A stretch of 64,000 nucleotides of DNA from Eledone cirrhosa (Eukaryota). A program made the translations under genes and the position numbers. Position 1 is the first letter of the stretch, and each line of letters starts with the position of its first letter. A model generated the notes under the pieces. The model did not search any database. It saw only the letters and a list, made by a program, of their open reading frames with translations, and had not been told where the DNA came from. Below are positions 52,672 to 64,000 of the stretch, one piece after another. The DNA lies in the NCBI GenBank assembly GCA_964016885.1, contig OZ024740.1, positions 180,668,001 through 180,732,000 on the forward strand. The letters are read 5' to 3'.

Positions 52672-54546
52672 TATGAATATAAATATGAATATATATATGT
52701 TTGTGTCCGTGTATATGTGTAGGTGTGTATTCATTTGATCACAGATACTGGACAGAAGGAACTATGTAACGTTATGACTATGTTATGCTGTTATATGCTC
52801 TAAGACGCTTATAAAACCCGTATGTTGTGTTCAGAATATTGATTTCTTAAGCACTCCTTTATTCATGAAGTATAAAGGTAGATGGCATCTCTTTGTTCTC
52901 TTTAGCCCAACATATAATTAATTATTATATTCGAAGATGGAGCTGCAATATTTGACTTCACAAGACTCTCATTAATATATATTGGTAATGTGTTTGCTAC
53001 GAATGTTGTGAATTGTTGTGTGTGGTTATGCGAGCGCACATCATATATGTTTTCACTTATGTTTCATTTAGTAATTAAAGTAAAAGAATATACTTAATGG
53101 AAATGGATAGCACAGGAAAAAATGAAAATATCGCCACTTCAAAAACTAATACTTGTTTGAGTCATAATTAATTGAATCTATGGCAAATATTTATTTTTGA
53201 TATTGCTTCTTGCATGAATTCTTGCAGTTTACAAAGGGAAATGAATATTAAAATACATACAAATAAATATTTATGAACTGGTATACATTTTATGTTTACG
53301 AATAATATATGTATTATTCGAAGGGTGGAAATGGAAGGGTGGTATGTTGAGCTTGCTACAGAGTTTTCTCTTGGTTTTAACTTGTACTAAACAGTTGTAG
53401 TCTCTCCTAATCGCCTGTTCAGTTAATTCTTCTTGACTCATTTGTATTCAACACACTATAGGTAGACAAATCGTTCTTTAGCAAATCGACCACACCATTA
53501 TCTGTCATGGGAATTATTATTATTCATCAACATGATATCCTCAAATTTATTTTCCTCATTATATAAGAATAAAAATATATTAAAAATAAAACTGGACGCA
53601 ATGGTTTTGTACGTCGGTCCAATAAGCCTGGTATGAGAAAGTAGTCTGAATAGTTAATATTTACGTATGTTCGTTTGTGTTGCATGGTTTATTTAGAGTT
53701 AGAATAACAAAATACGTAGAAACTATATAATATTTATTTTGAAACGTAGCATATATCATATTAAACAGCTTGCTTATTGTAGAAGGATAGAAGTTTCATA
53801 GAGTGCAATATTTAATTAATTGACAGTGCTCGGGATTTAATGGAATGTAATACGTTTTCGGTTCAGAGGTTTCTATGGTGCCTTCACGCCTGGATCAACT
53901 TCGTCATTCATCCTCTTCTGTTCGATAAAGCACATTTCAGACGTGAGTGCTGGAGTGGCGGAAGTGCAAAATTTTCCGGAATTTTCCACGGATCTCTCGT
54001 CGTAATATTGTCGTTTCATGACTGGAAACTGATTACATAAAATATTTGGCACCATAATTATCAAACCAACAAGAAAATTCCATGGAAGTCACTCTATAAA
54101 AGAATGGCTGGATATATTCAGGGGAAAGCTGTATCAACAAGAAATGCAATATGTCACTCCTTCCTCTGTATATCACTCCATATACTGTCCCATCTTTCTC
54201 TTACTCTCTCTTTAATTCTTTCTCACTCTCTCACACTCTTTCTGTAATTAAATAATTTTTTAAGAAATTTATGTATTCTAAAAGTCTAGTCGATGAGACC
54301 TAATACTATCGACTGGAATATAAATACTTATATAATGTTACCTGCCTTATACAATAAATACACTATACATCGTTACATACCTAGCCACATATAGGCACAC
54401 GTGTATATATATAGAGAGAGAGACATATGTATGTACGTCTTTATGTGTATGTCTTCATATATATATATGGTACGAATACGGATTTAATTATAAATAAAAT
54501 AAAATAACAGGAGGATCGACTGGTGTAAATCCTGGAAAAGTTTATT

Positions 54547-54604
54547 ATACTATGATTATTTCAATGACCGGGTTCCATATGAATCCGATGATATCATCAG
54601 GTAT
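54547..54604 (-). ncRNA. Hammerhead (1.88-kb family, copy 1; stem III mutated)
   Basis: Reverse complement of 59294-59351 with substitutions. Confidence 0.7.
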
Positions 54605-56423
54605 TGGAATATAACAAAGGAATATGTAAAAAACCATGGGTCCGAAAAATCAGAGACAGAGACAAAGAGGACGACTGACCAACTAGCCGCCCTTATCTCG
54701 GCCAGTCGCCCTCAAAGTGGTGGCAACTGAATAATACTAATGAACATCTGGTGAAGGGGCGAAGGCTTATAATGCACTACCATATCTCCGTCAAAGAAAA
54801 AGGGGAAGAAAGAAAGAAAGGGAGAAAGAAGTCAACGTGAGGATCACACTACATTCATGCTAGAAAATGCCGCGAAAAAATGCTACTCCAAAGAATCTAT
54901 AATGGGAGTTTGTATGGTATCATGTGTCAACCGAAGATTGGAACGTTCAACTTATGTTGCGAGTTATGGGATGAAATTAAATTAAATTAAAAATATTAAA
55001 TTGCAAAATGATAAATTGAAAAATAAGTTATTAGAAAATTAAAGGTTATGGTAGTGAGATTTATTTAATGAACTTACGGAGAGAGACTTATATGAAAAAA
55101 TGTATCTCGATAAGATATTAGGAGGGGATATAGAGTAAAGATTTCGATTGCTAGTCCCAGCCAGCACCTCCCACCATGAGTCAGCCAGTCGCGAGTGGTA
55201 TCGTCCAGCGAAAGAAATGGAAATTAATATTTCGGAGTACTCTAGGAACGTAGCTACATTAGGCTCCGGGAGCGCTAGCGAGAACTCCATAATTTCGACA
55301 GGCCATCGTCTATACCATACGAATATTATTAAATCACACATGAGGGGTTTATTTACGTGCCATTAGAGGCATGATTCAGCTAATAGTTATGCCTAAATCT
55401 GGAGTTTATAGCTATAAGTGATATGGCGGCCAAAACAGGCGGTGCGGTGGGACCGGGGCGAAGCAAGTCGCTTCGAGTAATTTCATTTACCGAAAGAGGA
55501 AAAATGTATTTTTCCGAGCACTCAAGGAAGGTTCAACTTTCCGAGTGACAGTCGGGAAAAGCCACCACACAAGTCGAAGGTAGCAACCGAATGAAAAGTG
55601 CAAATATACCAAAATTATTTTAAAGTCCCAGTTAGTCCGGGTTATAAGTAGTGTTGTTCTTAGGTGGGTAGGGGGCTATGAAAGGTGCTTAATGACCTGA
55701 GTAAGGAAAGTTACAAAAAAATAATAAAAGCAGAATACAAAGATCAAATACAAATATAAAGATAGAATACATTGATAAAAATACATTAATCAAATAATTA
55801 AAAAATATATATATATTAATAAATAATAAAAAAATTAATAAAGGTAAATAACAATCGATATAGATCAAGTTGTAGTACGATAATACAGGTTGTACATATA
55901 GATATAGAGGATGGAGGAGATGGAATGGTAACAGGTTGTACCTAGTGTAAAGTTCGGGTCTCCGAATTCAGTGTGTCACAACACGTCCTGAGGTATAGAG
56001 TAGAGAATTCAGTCAATGCTTTAGTATAATACGTAGAGTTTTGTCGGAATCGGAATCAGCTCGACGAGGAAGTAGTGTCATGTGGCGGTAGATAAAGCAC
56101 AGAGCAGCCAAAATCCGAATGGTAAGTAGACCAGTTAATCCCATGCTAGCAATAGGTGTACACTGAAGTCAGTGTCGCTGTTTAATATTACATTTTAAAT
56201 GCTCAACATTATTGGAGCATTATTTCTTTAGGTTTGTTGCTTCACCATGGATAGAACTGGTCATTCTGTAGGGTCAATCCTGTTGTAATATTGTTAAGAG
56301 TACTCAATGCAGTGCAGTTCACCCATCTTCGTTTGTGTAGTTGGTGGTGCAAATACGGAGTTAATTATAAATAAAATAAAATAACAGGAGGCTGGACTGG
56401 TGTAGATCCTTGAAAGGTTTATT

Positions 56424-56481
56424 ATACTATGATCATTTCAATGTCCGAGTTCCATATGAATCCGGTGATATCATCAGGTAT
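56424..56481 (-). ncRNA. Hammerhead (1.88-kb family, copy 2)
   Basis: ATAC-CTGATGA...GAAA-TGATCA-TA-GTAT on the minus strand. Confidence 0.8.
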
Positions 56482-58313
56482 TGGAATATAACAAAAGAAT
56501 ATGTAAAAAACCATGGGTCCGAAAAATCAGAGACATAGACAAAGAGGACAACTGACCAATAGCCGCCCTTATATCGGCCAGTCGCCCTCAAAGTGGTAGC
56601 AACTGAATCTACTAATGAACATCTGGTGAGGGGGCGAAGGCTTATAATGCACTACCACCTCTCCGTCAAAGAAAAAGGGGAAGAAAGAAAGACAGGGAGA
56701 AAGAAGTCAGCGTAATTGTCACACTACATTCATGCTAGAAAATACCGCGAAAAAATGCTACTCCAAAGAATCTATAATGGGTGTCTGTATGGTATAATGT
56801 GTGTACCGAAGATTGGAACTTTCAACTTATGTTGCGAGTTATAGGATGAAATTAAATTAAATTAAAAATATTTAATTGCAAAATGATAAATTGAAAAATA
56901 AATTATTAGAAAATTAAAGATTAAGGTAGCGAGATTTATTTAATGAACTTACGGAGAGAGTCTTATATGAACAAATTTATCTCGATAAGATATTAGGAGG
57001 GGATATAGAGTAAAGATTTCGATTGCGAGTCCCAGCCAGCACCCTCTCCCCACCATGAGTCAGCCAGTCTCGAGTGGTATCGTCAGCCAAAGAAATGGAA
57101 ATTCATTTTTCCGAGTACTCTAGGAACGTAGCTACATTAGGCTCCGGGGGCGGTAATGGGAACTCCACAATTTCGACAGGCCATCGTCTATACCAAACGA
57201 ATATTATTATATCACACATGAGGGGTTTATTTACGTGCCATTAGAGGCATGATTCAGCTAATAGTTATGCCTAAATCTGGAGTTTATAGGTATAAGTAAT
57301 ATGGCGGCCAAAACAGGCGGTGCGGTGGGACCGGCGCAAAGAAAGTCGCTCCGAGTAATTTCATTTTCCGAAAGAGGAGAAATTTATTTTTCCGAGCACT
57401 CAAGGGAGGTTCAACTTTCCGAGTGACAGCCGGGAAAACCCACCACACAAATCTAAGGTAGCAACCGAATGAAAAGTGCAAATATACCAAAATTATTTTA
57501 AAGTCCCAGTTAGTCCGGGTTATAAGTAGTGTTGTTCTTAGGTGGGTAGGGTCTATGAAAGGTGCATAATGACATGAGTAAGGATGTTACAAAAAAATAA
57601 TAAAAGCAGGATACAAAGATCAAATACAGATATTAAGATAGAATACATTGATAAAAATACATTAATAAAATAATTAAGAAAAATATATATATTAATGAAA
57701 TAATGAAAAAAATTAATAAGGGTAAATAAGAATCAATATAGATCAAGTTGTAGTACGATAATACAGGTTGTACATATAGATATAGAGGATGGAGGGGATG
57801 GAATGGTAACAGGTTGTACCTAGTGTAAAGTTCGGGTCTCCGAATTCAGTGTGAGTCACAAAAGTCCTGAGGTATAGAGTAGAGAATTCAGTCAATGCAA
57901 TACATGTTTTAGTATAATACGTAGAGATTTGTCGGAATCGGAATCATACCGACAAGGAAGTAGTGTCATGTGGCGGTAGATAATGCACAGAGTAGCCAAA
58001 ATCCGAATGGTAAGTAGATCAGTTAATCCCATGCTAGCAATAGGTGTACACTGAAGTCAGTGCCGCTGTTCAATATTACATTTTAAAGTGCTCGACATGT
58101 TTGGAGCATTATTTCTTTAGGTTTGTTGCTTCACCACTGGATCGAACTGGTCATTCCGTATGGTCAATCCTAGTGTAATATTGTTAAGAGTACTCAAAGC
58201 AGTGCAGTTCACCCATCCTCGTTTGTGTAGTTGGTGGTGCTAATACGGAGTTAATTATAAATAAAATAAAATAACAGGAGGTTGGACAGGTGTAAATCCT
58301 TGAAAGGTTTATT

Positions 58314-58371
58314 ATACTATGATCATTTCAATGACCGGGTTCCATATGAATCCGGTGATATCATCAGGTAT
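58314..58371 (-). ncRNA. Hammerhead (1.88-kb family, copy 3)
   Basis: Same as 59294-59351 in reverse complement. Confidence 0.85.
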
Positions 58372-59293
58372 TGGAATATAATAAAGGAATATGTACAAAA
58401 ACATGGGTCCGAAAAATCAGAGACAGAGACAAGAGGACGACTGAACAACTAGCCGCCCTCAAAGTGGTGGCAACTGAATCTACTAATGAACATCTGGTGA
58501 GGGGCGAAGGCTTATAATGCACTACCACATCTCCGTCAAAGAAAAAGGGGAAGAAAGAAAGACGGAGAAACAAGTCAGCGTAAGGGTCACTCTACATTCA
58601 TGCTAGAAAATGCCGCGAAAAAATGCTACTCCAAGAATCTATAATGGGTGTCTGTATGGTATAATGTGTCAACCGAAGATTGGAACGTTCAACTTATGTT
58701 GCGAATTATAGGATGAAATTAAATTAAATTAAAAATATTAAATTTCAAAATGATAAATTGAAAAATAAATTATTAGAAAATTAAAGGTTAAGGTAGCGAG
58801 ATTTATTTAATGAACTTACGGAGAGAGTCTTATATGAAAAAAATTATCTACATAAGATATTAGGATGGGATATAGAGTAAAGATTTTAATTTATCATTTT
58901 GCAATTTAATATTTTTAATTTAATTTAATTTCATCCTATAACTCGCAACATAAGTTTAACGTTCCAATCTTCGGTTCACACATTAGACCATACAGACCCC
59001 TATTATAGATTCTTTGGGGTAGCATTTTTTCGCGGCATTTTGTAGCATGAATGTAGTGTGACCCTTACGCTGACTTCTTTCCCCCTATCTTTCTTCCCCT
59101 TTTTCTTTGACGGAGAGGTGGTAGTGCATTATAAGCCTTCGCCCCCTCGCCAGATGTTCATTAGTAGATTCAGTTGCCACCACTTTGAGGGCAACTGGCC
59201 GAGATAAGGGCGGCTATTGGTCAGTCGTCCTCTTTGTCTCTTTCTCTGATTTTTCGGACCCATGGTTTTTTACTTATCCTTTTTTATATTCCA

Positions 59294-59351
59294 ATACCTG
59301 ATGATATCACCGGATTCATATGGAACCCGGTCATTGAAATGATCATAGTAT
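59294..59351 (+). ncRNA. Hammerhead (1.88-kb family, inverted arm)
   Basis: ATAC-CTGATGA-tATcACCGG...CCGGTcATt-GAAA-TGATCA-TA-GTAT. Stem III is the palindrome ATGATCAT, triplet AUA. Confidence 0.85.
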
Positions 59352-59410
59352 AATAAACTTTTCAAGGATTTACACCAGTCCAGCCTCCTGTTATTTCATT
59401 TTATTTATAT

Positions 59411-59441
<31 letters not shown>

Positions 59442-59461
59442 CGCACCCACACTTACACACG

Positions 59462-59524
<63 letters not shown>

Positions 59525-60665
59525 ATGCGTGTGTAAGTATGGTAGTGTGGCCTTATATTTTTGTGTTATAATATTCATCGATAAAGCATGATTTTAATTG
59601 TTTTATGTCATGGGTGATAACAATTAAATAAACATATGAAATGTGTCACATACTTTACACGTGAATGGTTATTAAGTGCGAATATTTAGAAAGATGTCAT
59701 TATGATAAAAAATATATTTTTAATCAATAAAATGAAATTATATATATACCATTTGGAGATCTATTTGAGATTCAAATAAATTCCACACATGTTCTTTTTT
59801 ACTTAGACAAATTCATTTTTTTTTTTAAATACATATATTTTCCCTAACCAAGACAATTATTCAAAACCACTCTATACATTTATTATTCATGTATGTATAT
59901 TTTGCTACTCATTGAAGTGTTAAATGTTAACTGAAATTCTATGCAACTGGTTTCTAATAAGTTAAACAGGATTTGATTTTCTTTCATTATTAATTGGCAT
60001 GCTAGCTATTATTGCGCGTATTCATTAAATTTCTTTTGCAAAGGGCTTTGCATTGAAATAGCATGCTGCGCTATGTGTGGATAGCATCTGAAGTAAAAAG
60101 TAGGGTGTTTATGTATATTTGATAAGATGTAAAATATTTCTGATAGCCACGTCTCTATATATTAATATTCACTTGGGATAGAATACTTTCAAGCAATAAT
60201 AATAATTTACATTCAGCATCTGTATTCAATGTTAATTTCTTCGCAGCTCTGAAGATCAATTGGATTTTGGCAATTATTACCCAACTAAATTCCATTGATC
60301 TTTTGCAACGTTCTCCCAAGCAGAAGAAGCAAGTAATATATTATACATTAAATCTTTGCCCTTGTCTCTTATGAAGCTTATTAATCTGGCATTCACACTG
60401 GTCATAAAGAAAAATTCTGCATAGGTAAGGGAGGATAGAATTAGAATTCTGATCAGTGACTGGCCCATAAATTTGATAAAGTTTCTTCAGCGTCTATCCA
60501 TATAGCGCTCTACAACCATAAGTATATTGTTAATCCCACATGGACCCCTTTTATTTTATATTTCCCTTATTCCCTTTCTTAAAATCATATATCTGCATAT
60601 TTCCGACAACAGCTACAAGAAAAATAAAAACAACTAACACAGTGATTATTACTGTTGCTACAAAT

Positions 60666-60791
60666 GTAGTAGTAGTAGTAGTAGTATGAAGCTAGACATG
60701 GAGGTTGAGGAGGACCAGTCGGGTGAGAAGAAGAAGAAGAAGAAGAAGAAGAAGAAGAAGAAGAAGAAGAAGAAGAAGAAGAAGAAGAAGA
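60666..60791. repeat. (TAG)n and (AGA)n trinucleotide microsatellites
   Basis: Direct reading. Explains the poly-R ORF. Confidence 0.95.
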
Positions 60792-62903
60792 ACATCATCA
60801 ACACAATGGGGAATTATCACTTCTTTTTGTGACAGTAACGTGACTCATGTGAAGATATATGGACGATTTGCAAAAGTTATGTGCGGAATTTCAAAACCGT
60901 ATAATACAAGGTGAGATATATTTACTCAGTAGAGTAGGCGGCGCCACAGTAATACACCAGATACCGATCATACTTACTAGAAGCTGTATTTGTTTCTCAT
61001 TGTGTATGAATACTCTTGATACACTTTCATATTTCTTCAGTATGTTATTTCAATTTCCAAGGTGCATATTAACCTTTCATTTCTGCGGCCTATTTCGAGG
61101 TTGATGCTCTTCGACACCTCTATATTTCGAAACAATTGTTGAAGATTGTTAAATAGATTAGAAAAAGGAACATTTACAGATTTTATGTACGATGATATAT
61201 ATCCCTTTAGTTGACCAATTACTCACACAAACCAAGCAGAATCTGAGGTAAGTTTAAGTGATAGTACATTATACGAATGCTATGAAAACTCCCACCACGA
61301 AATGAACATCATCAAAATCATTAATTGATCCAAATATATCAGTCCAAAGAAGATTATATTTATTAGCGAATTACTGTCTCATTAGGATATATAACATGAT
61401 ATTGATGATATTGTGGCTAGGTGTGCCGGAAATCGCGTCGGTATTAACATTCTGTCGTTGATAGTATGTTCGGGAGTAGTTTGGCCATTAACTAAAAAAA
61501 AAAACATTTGCAGTCGTCATTTCTGCATTAGGGCTCTCCGGGTTCTAGAGTTGAACCTCTTCTCTTTATAACGCAGAATTATTGGATTTGGTTATATACT
61601 GTGAATGGTGCTTCATAAAATAATATTTCATGTCACAACCCTTATACCTACACTCGTATACAGCTTATAAAACTTGGTACTGAATGGAAGGTGTCCAGCT
61701 AATACGTAAAATGTGCAACTCTGGTTTGTTTCCGTTTTCACGTTTTCACGTCAAAGAAATGATGACACCGTTGCTGATATTTACACCTAGGGCCACTGGC
61801 ATATCAACTGGATCTATGCCGATCAGTTGTACTATGGCGTTTCGAACATTCAGTAACTATTATACTGCCAATTTTCGCGGTCCAAAGATGTTGTTACAGG
61901 TGCTGTATCACCTGCAAAATAGAGATCATGTATTATGGAGGACTGCATATATATATGGCTCTGTATGCCCGCATGTGTGTATATTTCTTTACAAGTTCTT
62001 GTTCATAGCAATGATGAATTGTGTTCGAATGAAGTTTGAACCGATGAGAATCTTAAATACTTTTTTGATTAGCAAAATAAATATCTTCAATAACCTACAG
62101 CATGCGAAAATAGTTGATGTGTCTAAAATATAAACAACATCATTAAATATTAAAAGAGAAGAATTATAACTTTCCAATTAATTAGATCTACCTCTAGCGC
62201 GTTAAATTGATGGTGAACAATCTCTGCTGATTTCATTTGTATAAGTGATGTCAAATAAGCAAGAACAATAAAACCTGGGACATAAACACCAATATTAAGA
62301 ATTAAGAGTTAAATATGGAGAAAAATCATCGTAAAAAAAGTATTAATGTATATTAATTAATACAAAAAAAAAGTATTAATATATATTAATTAATATAAAA
62401 AAAGCAATAATAAATGGGCTAAGGAATATATGCCATCAAATTCAGCACAATATTTTATTTTGGAATGAAACGCTGCCTGATTTACAATTCGTTACATTAT
62501 CAGGATTTCTATGATTGCATTTTATATAATATAATGTAGGGTACACTTTCTCACGTTCGATAGATGCTGTATACAGCCATGAACGATTTTTTATTTTCGT
62601 GTGTGAAAAATATACCAGACACAGTTAAAATAAAAAAATATATATATACGGAAAACATGAAAATGCCATTAAGCCTAAAGTATGATGACACAAGTAAATG
62701 GTATAGATGAAAACAAGAGATATAAATATGAGCTTGAGTTTAATGAAGATTGTATTGGCTAGACAAAGTTCGACTATATCAATTTATTCTGCTGGAATAC
62801 TGATTTAAAAAAAAAAAAATTCATTTACGTATACTATGTACAAATACACACACGCAACAATATTCTCCCACGTGCCTATTCTATCTCTCACCCTTCACCC
62901 TCT

Positions 62904-63000
<97 letters not shown>

Positions 63001-63463
63001 TGTTTGTGTGTATGTGGTATATGTGTGTATGTGTGTGTATATTATATAGGTACAGTTTTATATGTATATATTATATTTTATTTCAATCATGGTTCATTCT
63101 GAACTCAACAGTGTCCTGATTTTATCACAAACTTTTCATATTTCCATATGCGTTTCAATGTTCAAATCCTAACGTTTCTATAGATTCATAGCTATATTGG
63201 CAGAATGAATGGGCGTTTGTGTGAATTCATGCTTCTTTATGTTCAACATCATTTCCCGACACCAATACGTTATTAATAATTGAAACTATACTCATATAAC
63301 CTTGCAGGTATAATGTTATATCATAGACGAGCTATACTGTCTCCAAAAAACAAACCCCCAAACGCTGAAATATATATTCACGAGTCAAACATTTACATTG
63401 CACTAAGGACTAGTTATCTCACTAATATAATATGTCAACGACAAAAGCCATTATTTCAGTATA

Positions 63464-63598
63464 GTTACGTCCCTTAACGATCTGAGTTCAAATCCCGCTG
63501 AGGTTGACTTTGCCTTTCATCCTTACGGGGACGATAACATAAAGTACCAGTAATGCACTGGTGTAATTGCTGGCCTTGTGCCAAAAAGTAGAAATAAT
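63464..63598 (+). mobile_element. SINE (28177 family), 5' decayed
   Basis: GAGTTCAAATCCCGCTGAGGTTGACTTTGCCTTTCATCCTTACGGGG...GGCCTTGTGCC. Confidence 0.82.
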
Positions 63599-64000
63599 TC
63601 TTAATCCGCTGTGTTATAAAATAAACAATCTAATATAAAAAAGTCGTTCTTGCTTTAGTTGTCAATTCTGAAACAAAAGAAAGATAGATTTACTTTTAGT
63701 AGAAGCAAGGTCGAATACCATATATTTATTTTCCGTGAAAGCGCTTATATTAAGCGCCTAGATAACACCCAAGGATTCATCCGAAAAAAATAGTGGTATT
63801 ATACTGTTATAAGGAACCAATATCAAATTATAACTTTGAGAGGTAGCTGGAAATTTAAAGAATATGTAAATCTATAGGGTATATTGTACTCTCTCTTTTC
63901 ACATTTTGAAATGCTCGATCAAAGTTTCAAGACAAAACTAAATGGCTGTTGTTTTAGAAATTACTGAAGATATTAAAGCTAAAATCTATCTAGAAGTGTT

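Larger units (their letters stand above)
54484..59408 (-). mobile_element. Large non-coding HHR array: ~2.3 tandem 1.88-kb monomers plus a 0.52-kb inverted arm
   Basis: TTAATTATAAATAAAATAAAATAACAGGAGG occurs at ~54484, ~56361 and ~58251. Inversion at ~58887. Both arms end at the same 3' point. No ORF longer than ~100 aa. Confidence 0.9.

Noticed and set aside
60705-60914. Poly-arginine, protamine-like ORF
   Set aside because: Produced by an (AGA)n microsatellite, with no other support.
60190-62180. ORFs 60277-60468 and 61684-62133 as genes or an old LINE
   Set aside because: No recognisable motifs and no consistent splice or frame structure.

Overview
AT-rich eukaryotic, repeat-saturated DNA. 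The SINE type, the abundance of (TA)n/(TG)n and the Penelope/Tx1 content suggest a cephalopod (probably octopod) genome; this is inference. No host gene can be called with confidence, and most long ORF-track entries are microsatellite artefacts. The window holds four decayed Penelope-like retroelement (PLE) families with RT and/or GIY-YIG domains, four Tx1-clade LINE copies (one full length), an RTE fragment, tRNA-derived SINEs, and Tigger-like and Helitron-like non-autonomous elements. The main signal is a dense set of type I hammerhead ribozyme (HHR) motifs: about 25 copies in about 13 unrelated sequence families. Three families belong to the PLEs. The rest lie in non-coding, tandemly repeated, retrozyme-like elements with monomers of about 318, 422, 485, 495, 530, 590 and 1880 bp. 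These sit in or beside (TA)n tracts, mostly in a head-to-head inverted arrangement. Most families carry their own palindromic stem III, two use a U3-A8 covariant core, and two element ends map to the predicted cleavage site. All structures were read by eye and need computational and biochemical confirmation.
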